DNA from: a virus
DNA: 54,260 nt
Virus record (IMG/VR): IMGVR_UViG_3300044461_000032
Strand: one strand, 5' to 3'
Under the pieces are notes generated by a model that saw nothing but the letters and a program-made list of their open reading frames with translations, had not been told where the DNA came from and made no database searches. The stretch's first letter is position 1, and each line of letters begins with the position of its first letter. This document shows, one piece after another, positions 26,840 to 34,013 of this stretch. A program made the position numbers and the translations under genes.

Positions 26840-28764
26840 GCGGATGGCTTCTGGAAGATGTCCGCGTCCGCTTCCGGGTCCACCGTGGGGAGCGCGTAGT
26901 TGTGCAATACGACCACATTCCGCCCATACCCGATGAGCGGCCCTGTCTGGCACGGCGGCGGGTTACACGACGTGTTGAACTCGAAATCGAACGAGCCGAC
27001 CGTGCTATTGCTTTGCGTGCCGCCCATCTGCCAGGGCACCCGGAAGAGGGTCCGAGCGGCCTCCCGGCCTTCGTCGGCCACCCACAGCGAGAGCATGTGC
27101 CACGTCCCGGTCAGGTCCGCGGAGTTCCCGGTCGGCCCCTCCACCGCCAGCGCCTTCCACTCGGTAAACTCCGCCGCCGGGCGATTGAGGCGAATCTCGA
27201 TCCACCGCCGCGTCCACCGACTGTGCAGGATCGGATACGACTCTCGCGGCGCGGCGCCCTCGCCGGTCGGCTCAAGCGGGTCATTGGAACTACAGCCCGG
27301 CGGCAGCGGTAACCCGTTGCGGTCGAGGGTCGAAGTGATTTTCGAAATCTCCGGGTCGGCGTCCGCACGGAAGAAGTGATCCTTCACCGTCCACCAACGC
27401 CCGCTCACCCCTTGCCGAACCTGGAATGTCTTGTAATTCGCGAGCTTCGCCAGGGGGTCGCCGGCGCGAGTATAGAGACGAAATTCCTCCCCGTACCAGA
27501 AATCCCAACAGATCAGGATGGTGCCGGTGTTGATCCCGATAGGCATCTTAAGTTGTTGGTTCCCGGGAATCGAATCACTCCCGAACCCGAGGCGGTCATC
27601 GACGGGCTTATAGAACTTCGCGCCATCTTGTGCTTGGGGATAACTGTCCGTGCTTGGACTGAACGTAAAATACGACGACGGCGGGGCGTTCACGAGGTCG
27701 TCTAGTTCTGACTGGCTCCGAAGGCCCCAACTCGCATGGTGCTCTGGAAGGGCCTGCAACGACTCAAAATAGGCGTGGGCCCCGCCGACTGGGGCTGGCC
27801 GCGCCAGCACCGCAAATGTCACACTCCTACTCGTGGCGACGCTGCCATCCGACACGGTGAGGGTCAACGTCCGCGAGGCATGCGCCGTGCCGTAGGTGTG
27901 GGTGTAGGTGGCGGGCGGTGATCCCGCAATCGTCCCGGACGACGTCCCGTCCCCGTGTGTAATGCTGTAACTCCCAATCACCCCATCCGCGTCGGACGCC
28001 GTCAACGCGAACGTAAAATCTCCCACGTAGAAGCCGGACACCCGCGTGACCGAACAGATCGGGGCTTGGTTCGCGACGACCGACGACTGAATCGTGACCG
28101 TTCTCGAGGCTGACCCGCTGAGGGCTGGCGAGCCGACATCCGTGACCGTCAGCGTGGCTGTATACGTGCCTGCGGTGGCATAGGTGTGCGTCAGGGTGTC
28201 GGGGAGTAGAACGTCGGTGTCCGGCTCCGTGTCGTCGCCCCAGTCCATGGTGTAGCCCGCGATGTTTGCGTCCGTATCGGCGGTGGAGAATATATAGGGC
28301 TGACCCGCGAACTGCCCGGACGCATACGTCAGGACGACCACGGGGGACACGTTCTCGGGCTCAGGGTCACCCGGTGGATCGTCCGGGTCGGGCAGGGGCG
28401 ACGGATCGGGCTCGACGACTAGCGTCACGGTGGCCGTGGCTTCATCTTCCGCCCCGACGCTGTCTCGGACAGTCAGGGTCAGCGTGTAGGTGCCCGTCGC
28501 CGCGTAGAGATGCCCATAAGTGTCCTGGGTGGGGACGTACGTGGTCGTGTCGCCGTCGCCCCAGTCGATCGTGCCTGAGACGGTGCCGCCTTCAGGATCC
28601 CGCGTCCCGTCCGTCGAGACGATGACGTCCTCGGATTCATACCGAGCGGACACCACCTCGAGCACGGCGATCGGCGGCTGGTTGGGCCTGGCGGCGTTCG
28701 GGTTGCGCGGCTTCGCGATGCGCACTTTCGCGCCCCCCGCGGCACGAATGCTAGCTTGCGCCAT
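26836..28764 (-). CDS. Three PKD-like domains plus the shared unknown C-terminal domain, 642 aa
   Basis: ..DWGDGDTTTY..TYTLTLTVRD.., ..DWGDDTEPD..TYTATLTVTD.., ..THGDGTSSG..RTLTLTVSD.. C-terminal ..LRSQSELD..ICWDF..LSLWVADE..RNVVVL.. Confidence 0.65.
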   Translation of the reverse strand: MAQASIRAAGGAKVRIAKPRNPNAARPNQPPIAVLEVVSARYESEDVIVSTDGTRDPEGGTVSGTIDWGDGDTTTYVPTQDTYGHLYAATGTYTLTLTVRDSVGAEDEATATVTLVVEPDPSPLPDPDDPPGDPEPENVSPVVVLTYASGQFAGQPYIFSTADTDANIAGYTMDWGDDTEPDTDVLLPDTLTHTYATAGTYTATLTVTDVGSPALSGSASRTVTIQSSVVANQAPICSVTRVSGFYVGDFTFALTASDADGVIGSYSITHGDGTSSGTIAGSPPATYTHTYGTAHASRTLTLTVSDGSVATSRSVTFAVLARPAPVGGAHAYFESLQALPEHHASWGLRSQSELDDLVNAPPSSYFTFSPSTDSYPQAQDGAKFYKPVDDRLGFGSDSIPGNQQLKMPIGINTGTILICWDFWYGEEFRLYTRAGDPLAKLANYKTFQVRQGVSGRWWTVKDHFFRADADPEISKITSTLDRNGLPLPPGCSSNDPLEPTGEGAAPRESYPILHSRWTRRWIEIRLNRPAAEFTEWKALAVEGPTGNSADLTGTWHMLSLWVADEGREAARTLFRVPWQMGGTQSNSTVGSFDFEFNTSCNPPPCQTGPLIGYGRNVVVLHNYALPTVDPEADADIFQKPSA

Positions 28765-30697
28765 GGTCGTATCTCGCCCGCGCGGGCAAAGTGTGGAGTA
28801 GTGTGGAGCCGAGTGGATCGACCCACGGCCACGCGAGGTCGCCGAAGAAGGCGGGCTTCGCCGTGAGATAGAGCGAATCAGGAATGGGCTGTGCTGGTCG
28901 ATCCCACGCGACCGCGTTCGTCAGGTAGTCGAAGTTCCCATCGCGGAGGACGGTCGACAACACCTTCGGGTCCGCGGCCTGCCCCCACTGCTGAGGCGCA
29001 TACCCGAGTTTCCAGACAGACTCAGGGGCACTCCAGTCATAGGACCACCCGACCATATGGCCCTCTTGACCTAGCACGTTGCCAATAAACGAGTGCCACC
29101 ATGACCCGAACATCAGCCCCGCGCAGCGCCCATTGTGTTGCCCGGGATAGTCCAGCCGAATGCCCACGAGATGATTGCGAAAGATGGTCATCGCAAACGA
29201 GCTGCCGTGTGTGTCGTCCGAGTCGTAATTGTGGGACTGGTTCCCCTCGAACAAGATGTGATGCGGGCCGACCATGTGCGAGCCGTTGATCCCGACTTCC
29301 ACCCATTCCAAATAGTTCCCGATAAGTGTGTTGTCCATGTAGTTGTAGCCGACGACAGACCCCGCGCCGGCCGACTTGGCCACCATCGCCTTGTTCATGC
29401 CCAGGACGATGTTGTTCTCGAGCAGCACCTCGGACGAGCCCCCTGACAGACCCAGGCCATAGCCCCCGCCGCCGGGGTAGGGCCAGACGCAATCGTGGAT
29501 GTAGGAGTCGCGGACTTCACAGCGGAAGGCCCCGTTGAGGCTCACCGCTTCGCCGAGCCAGGCGGCGCTTTCGACGTGCTTCACCCAACACGACGCCGCC
29601 GCATTGAACCGGATATTGCCGTCGGAGCCCCCGGAGACGGTGAGATCCTCCAGTCCCGCACCTTGGACATGCGGCTCCATCCAGCGCGTGAGCTGCGCGG
29701 ACTTCGTGACGGGATAGTCGGTGTGGAGTGGCGTCGTGAACCGGACGAGATGCCCGTCGACGGACGCAATTTCTTTAATCTCGTTCACTGGCCGACCTGA
29801 CCGGCTGAACCACGTCAGGGAATCCGGGAAGGGATCGTCCCCAGGTTCAGGCGGGTTGTGCTTCGCGAAGACGACCTGATTGCTCGCCCAGATGGTAACG
29901 TCAGTGGCCGCGCCATCCCGCGGCGGGAGCGCACACCACTCGGACGCAGCATAGTCGTCCCGGTCCAGCAACACGAACTGTCCCGCGGCAAGGCCGGTCG
30001 CATCCTCGACATCGACAAACATCGCCCCTTTCACGCCGTCTGCGTAGATGGACGCCGTGGACAACTGCGGCCACCGACTCGGCCCGAGAATGACGATGGG
30101 CTCGGCCTCTTCCGGCTGATACGAGCCGGGTTTCGCCCCGTTCGTCTTGACGAGGAACGTCTTCCCTGGACCCTGCCCGCGCAGCGTCACGGCCTTGTGC
30201 AGCAGGATGTGGTCATTGCACAGGAATGTCCCCGCCGAGAGCTTGACGGTCTGCTCGAGCGGGCAGGCCGCAATCGCCGCCGCAATCGCCGCCGAGGCCT
30301 CTTCGGTGCCGTCCGCATATTCGGAGGCGTTGATCGTGACGAAGATGGTTTCGCGTGCCGGGATGCCGGTTCTCACTCCCGGCGCCCAGATCGTACGGCA
30401 CTCGACCGGCACGAGGCCGGTGTCAGGGGGCTCAATAGGGGGTTCAATGGGCGGCTCAATCGGCGGCGCTGGCGCCACCGTCACCATCGCCGTCACCGGC
30501 TGGCAGGTATTGGACTTGCCCTTTTTGTTGGTGACCGTGACCGTGCAATCATACGTGCCCGCCGCGTGGTAGGCGTGTGTCGCGGTGGGCTGATTCGACG
30601 ACTCGGACGTCCAGTCCCCGAAGTCGTAGACATAGCGCCGAATCCCGCCGCCACCCGCCGCATCCGTCGACCCAGAGGCATCGACGACGAACGGCAC
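28751..30697 (-). CDS. PKD-like domain plus a right-handed beta-helix (pectate-lyase-fold-like) protein, 648 aa. The start is uncertain
   Basis: GTG at 30697. ..FVVDASGSTD..YDFGDW..TYDCTVTVTNKKG.., a (PIEP)3 linker, then ..NGAFRCEVRDSYIHD..LLENNIVLGMN.. Confidence 0.6.
   Translation of the reverse strand: MPFVVDASGSTDAAGGGGIRRYVYDFGDWTSESSNQPTATHAYHAAGTYDCTVTVTNKKGKSNTCQPVTAMVTVAPAPPIEPPIEPPIEPPDTGLVPVECRTIWAPGVRTGIPARETIFVTINASEYADGTEEASAAIAAAIAACPLEQTVKLSAGTFLCNDHILLHKAVTLRGQGPGKTFLVKTNGAKPGSYQPEEAEPIVILGPSRWPQLSTASIYADGVKGAMFVDVEDATGLAAGQFVLLDRDDYAASEWCALPPRDGAATDVTIWASNQVVFAKHNPPEPGDDPFPDSLTWFSRSGRPVNEIKEIASVDGHLVRFTTPLHTDYPVTKSAQLTRWMEPHVQGAGLEDLTVSGGSDGNIRFNAAASCWVKHVESAAWLGEAVSLNGAFRCEVRDSYIHDCVWPYPGGGGYGLGLSGGSSEVLLENNIVLGMNKAMVAKSAGAGSVVGYNYMDNTLIGNYLEWVEVGINGSHMVGPHHILFEGNQSHNYDSDDTHGSSFAMTIFRNHLVGIRLDYPGQHNGRCAGLMFGSWWHSFIGNVLGQEGHMVGWSYDWSAPESVWKLGYAPQQWGQAADPKVLSTVLRDGNFDYLTNAVAWDRPAQPIPDSLYLTAKPAFFGDLAWPWVDPLGSTLLHTLPARARYDHGAS
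30427..30464 (-). repeat. 3 x 12-bp tandem repeat encoding the PIEPPIEPPIEP linker
   Basis: ctcaat/ttcaat/ctcaat cores recur with a 12-bp period. Confidence 0.8.
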
Positions 30698-30804
30698 ACC
30701 GGCAACAATCGGCGTAGGAAGGACCAGACGAGCGGTGAGGACGGGTTTGGCCAGGGGACTTGGCCGCTAGAATGCCCGTGCCACTCGGCGATGTCAATGC
30801 CTAA

Positions 30805-31791
30805 CTACGTCTCCCCTGTCTGTTTGGATGGGAGGATCGCCCGGAGGGTATCAGCCCACTGCAACACGATGTACTTCGACACAGGATACGGCGTCCCAGG
30901 ATAGTCTCCTGTCGTGATGCCTGCTGTCCATCGCATCGCATCTTCCACCTGTCGGATCGTGGCCTCCTGGGAGGCGAGACGCTCGCCTAAATCAACCTCA
31001 ATTTGCTCCCCGATCTCTAACTTCTGCTTCAGCCCCTCGATCTCCTGCTGGAGGGCCTGGACGGTAGACTCGGCGGCTTCGGCGCGTCTCCGCATGTAGT
31101 CTCGTTCTATGGCTGGAGCCGTCCATGCGCCTCCCTGCAAGGCCGAGATGATCGAATGGAATCGGCACATCACCAGACCGCCGCAGTCCTCACAGCGGTC
31201 GCAGGCGTCCTTATCGAGTTCGTCACTGCGTTCTTCGAGAAGGTCTGCAATCAGTTGCCGCGCCTTGTCGCCCTTGGCCTTCTCCTGTTCGGCCTGCACC
31301 AACTTGGCCTCGGCTGCTTCAGCACGGATAAAGGCTTCCTCGTGCGCATCACAGAGTTCACCTATTCGCCGCTCAGCTGCTTCAAGTTCCTGGGCGCATG
31401 GTTGGCACCACCCGATCCCCGCCAGCGAATGACGCGGGCAGATCGCAAGCGCCTCTCGCTGTTCGGCCTGCACGAGCGCCGCCGACAGATCGGTCAACTG
31501 CGTATGTAATTCGTGGACGCCAACTGAACCCTCGCGCCTACAGGACTCACAGGGAAAGGCTTTTGAGCCGTGGACTTCAAGTTGGCTAAGCGCGAAGGCT
31601 GCTCGCTGCGTCAGGTCGTGCGTCGTCTCGCTCATCGGCCCGCCCGGCCCGCCTTGGCTTTCCTTCGTGGAGACTCTAAGCTGTAATGCCTCCGCTTCTC
31701 GCTGGCGCTGTGCCTCCTGGGCGCGACAGGCAGCCGAATGCAATCGTTCAGTCTCAGCAAGTCCTCCGTCTCCCTTCGTCTGCTCGCTCAT
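30805..31791 (-). CDS. Coiled-coil protein, 328 aa, paralogous in segments to 32319..32852
   Basis: ATG at 31791 preceded by AGGGGGG. Shares exact 25-34 bp DNA blocks with 32319..32852. Confidence 0.6.
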   Translation of the reverse strand: MSEQTKGDGGLAETERLHSAACRAQEAQRQREAEALQLRVSTKESQGGPGGPMSETTHDLTQRAAFALSQLEVHGSKAFPCESCRREGSVGVHELHTQLTDLSAALVQAEQREALAICPRHSLAGIGWCQPCAQELEAAERRIGELCDAHEEAFIRAEAAEAKLVQAEQEKAKGDKARQLIADLLEERSDELDKDACDRCEDCGGLVMCRFHSIISALQGGAWTAPAIERDYMRRRAEAAESTVQALQQEIEGLKQKLEIGEQIEVDLGERLASQEATIRQVEDAMRWTAGITTGDYPGTPYPVSKYIVLQWADTLRAILPSKQTGET

Positions 31792-31802
31792 GAGCGGCCC
31801 CC

Positions 31803-32051
31803 CTACCACGACTGTTCCGCGTGCTTGCGGATGATGTAAATAATCGTCCCGCGCAGTTTGGCCTTCGCGTAGAACTTCAATTCCCCATCGTCGAACCAGC
31901 GCAGAATGTCCGCGTCCGCGTCGCCGCTGTAGTTCACCGAGCGATCACGGCTACAGATGGACACCTGCTGTCGTGGCGCGGTCGTCATGATGCTGCGCTG
32001 CACCTTCACCATGCCTTGCCATTTCACAGGCGGCAGTTTTGTCTCGCTCAT
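31803..32051 (-). CDS. Hypothetical protein, 82 aa
   Basis: ATG at 32051 (ATGA overlap). Confidence 0.5.
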   Translation of the reverse strand: MSETKLPPVKWQGMVKVQRSIMTTAPRQQVSICSRDRSVNYSGDADADILRWFDDGELKFYAKAKLRGTIIYIIRKHAEQSW

Positions 32052-32338
32052 GGCTGCTCCTGACGAGGCGGAGAGGGTAAGGGTTGCCAGTGCGTAGCCT
32101 TGAATACTGATGACCAACCGCCAAACGTGGTCAACTCCACGCGCTCTACATCGACTGGTAGCGGTTCATTGAGCGGTCGCACATCATCGGCCCACTCCAA
32201 ATAGAACAAGGCTCGGCCAGTCTTGGGAGCCGTGGCAATCGGTTGCCAGCCTGTCTCCGGCCTCCCCCCGATGACCGGAATCGGCTGGGGGGTGACGATG
32301 ACGAGGGAGGCGCGGGGGTTATTGTTGGGTGGGGGCAT
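32048..32338 (-). CDS. DUF551-like phage protein, 96 aa
   Basis: ..GWQPIATAPKTGRALFYLEW.. motif. Confidence 0.5.
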   Translation of the reverse strand: MPPPNNNPRASLVIVTPQPIPVIGGRPETGWQPIATAPKTGRALFYLEWADDVRPLNEPLPVDVERVELTTFGGWSSVFKATHWQPLPSPPRQEQP

Positions 32339-32852
32339 TCTCAGTCTCTTTCTTGGGTTCGGCGGCCAGGAGGGCGGCTAATCGTTCGGTACAAAATCTC
32401 ACGCCTGTATCCATTCCAGCGTTATACGTTTCGTCCAGTGAGGGAGCGACAAACGCCTTCATGCCCTTAGTGGTCCATTCCTCGACCACCTGTCGGATCG
32501 TGGCCTCCTGCCCTTCAGCGCGTTGGATCGCCGCCTTGGAAATCTTGTCGCAGTCCATTCGATACGCGAGATGGAAGTCGGCTTTCTCTTTCTCAAGTTG
32601 GGCTATCGTGGCCTCCTGGGAGGCGAGACGGGCCAAATGTTCGTCGCGCTGCTCACGAACTTGGTAGTAGAACGCTTCCCACTGCTTTAATTTCTCGATC
32701 TCGTGCTGGAGGGCCTGGACGGTAGACTCGGCGGCTTGCCACGCTGCGAGTAAGTCCTGAATAAGTTCCACAAGGTCAAGATCCACGTTACTTTCCCAGG
32801 TATCTAGCCATGCCTCTGCCTGCTGCTCCAGTAACTTCAGGTCATCGGTCAT
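32319..32852 (-). CDS. Coiled-coil protein, 177 aa
   Basis: ATG at 32852 (ATGA overlap). ..AAESTVQALQHEIEKLKQ..ASQEATIAQLEKEK.. Confidence 0.6.
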   Translation of the reverse strand: MTDDLKLLEQQAEAWLDTWESNVDLDLVELIQDLLAAWQAAESTVQALQHEIEKLKQWEAFYYQVREQRDEHLARLASQEATIAQLEKEKADFHLAYRMDCDKISKAAIQRAEGQEATIRQVVEEWTTKGMKAFVAPSLDETYNAGMDTGVRFCTERLAALLAAEPKKETENAPTQQ

Positions 32853-33028
32853 CGGCCACACTCACAGTCGTAGGCGTTGATCTCAGGCTCGTTTTCGCTG
32901 TCGCAGGTGACGAGGCCAACACACCCGCAGATCAGGGCTTGTCCGTCCGTGAACAATCCGTCCTTGTCGCACTCTGCGCCTTCCTCCCCGCAGCAGGGGC
33001 ACTCAAGGTATCTGGCCGTCTCACTCAT
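32849..33028 (-). CDS. Small Cys-rich protein, 59 aa (below the ORF-track cutoff)
   Basis: MSETARYLECPCCGEEGAECDKDG..ICGCVGLVTCDSENEPEINAYDCECGR. Coupled to neighbours at both ends. Confidence 0.5.
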   Translation of the reverse strand: MSETARYLECPCCGEEGAECDKDGLFTDGQALICGCVGLVTCDSENEPEINAYDCECGR

Positions 33029-33224
33029 TCCGGCTCCTGTCGTGTTGCTCCTTCGTCTCGCTCCCCCCGAGCGCAGAGAGGGTGTCGGCGAGTAGTAGTT
33101 CCAATTCGATGGCTTCTTGACGCCTCAGTGCCCCGGTTCGTTTGCCTTGCTGAAGATCAATGAGCCGATTTCGCCATCGCTCCAGCTTCTCCACGAGCGC
33201 CGTGATCGCCGCGTCCCTCGTCAT
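33021..33224 (-). CDS. Hypothetical helical protein, 67 aa
   Basis: ATGA overlap upstream. Confidence 0.5.
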   Translation of the reverse strand: MTRDAAITALVEKLERWRNRLIDLQQGKRTGALRRQEAIELELLLADTLSALGGSETKEQHDRSRNE

Positions 33225-33538
33225 CGGCCCGACTCCTTCTTCGCCCGCGCCTCAGCCAGCGCCTTCCGCGTGCAGTCTTGCATGTTTGCGCAGGGGGGGA
33301 AGTGCCCGTAGCGATCGGCCGCGTCCACGACAGTTGGCGCGGCCCCGTTCAGCCATCCAACCAGAAAACGTTTCATCCCGCGCGACGTCTTACGCCTCGC
33401 CGGACTAGCGTCTATCCAGGCCCATGCCTTTCGGCACTCGCGCGCCACTTCTATGTCTGGGTAGAGCTCTTGCCAGAGTGTCACCTGTGAATCCGACAAG
33501 TCCCAACAATACGTGTCCTTACACGGAAAACGTAGCAT
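33221..33538 (-). CDS. Conserved phage protein of unknown function, 105 aa. First gene after the non-coding gap
   Basis: ATG at 33538 preceded by GGAGGTG. ..ARRKTSRGMKRFLVGWLN.. motif. Confidence 0.6.
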   Translation of the reverse strand: MLRFPCKDTYCWDLSDSQVTLWQELYPDIEVARECRKAWAWIDASPARRKTSRGMKRFLVGWLNGAAPTVVDAADRYGHFPPCANMQDCTRKALAEARAKKESGR

Positions 33539-33550
33539 CTAGTTACACCT

Positions 33551-33650
33551 CCGACACCTTTTTCCCCTCATACGCTCTTTGCGAGCCTGAAAGAGAAAGC
33601 CTCACCGCATATCTACCCAGGATATGAGGGACCAGGCGGGAAGGTGTCGG
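33551..33650. promoter_or_regulatory. Nested inverted repeats (structured element or operator cluster) upstream of gene 33221..33538
   Basis: CCGACACCTT (33551-60) pairs with AAGGTGTCGG (33641-50), and CCCTCATA (33565-72) pairs with TATGAGGG (33623-30). Two inner 6-bp hairpins lie at 33575-95 and 33608-26. Confidence 0.45.
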
Positions 33651-33848
33651 CGGCCCTGCCCTGGATTTGTGTGCTCAGGTTCGTGGCCCATGAGCGGCCA
33701 ATCAGCGCGGCGCAACGTGCGTGTCGCCTGTCTCGGGCTGTCTACTTCGTGATTCGCCACAGCCTCAGCGAGAACACTTGTTTTTTCGGTTGGGGAAATG
33801 CAGAATGGCGGGAGTATGCCGCGCTGCTGTCCACAGCCGGTAGAACAA

Positions 33849-33893
33849 GGGGACGCGTCAGGTGCTTATCACATCTGACGCGCCCCGATTTTT
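33849..33893. terminator. Long hairpin terminator between the methyltransferase operon and the non-coding gap
   Basis: GGGGACGCGTCAGGTG / CATCTGACGCGCCCC: a ~15-bp stem with one bulge and a 7-nt loop. TTTTT follows on the plus strand, and TTGTTCT follows on the minus strand. Confidence 0.6.
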
Positions 33894-34013
33894 CATCCGC
33901 TCCCCTCAGAAGTCAACACAAAACGACTCGCCCGTGCGCGATCCTCTCTCGCCAGGATTGACGCAGCGCATCCGCCCATCACGACGCCGCACACTTCGCA
34001 CACGAGCGAATAC

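Noticed and set aside
25104-30697. A diversity-generating retroelement targeting the PKD or fibre proteins.
   Set aside because: There is no reverse-transcriptase ORF anywhere in the genome. I saw no template/variable repeat pair with adenine-specific mismatches.
33644-33961. A 105-aa plus-strand ORF in the non-coding gap.
   Set aside because: It starts at GTG with no RBS and has an Arg/Cys/Ser-rich composition. It also runs straight through the long hairpin terminator. It is more likely non-coding regulatory DNA.
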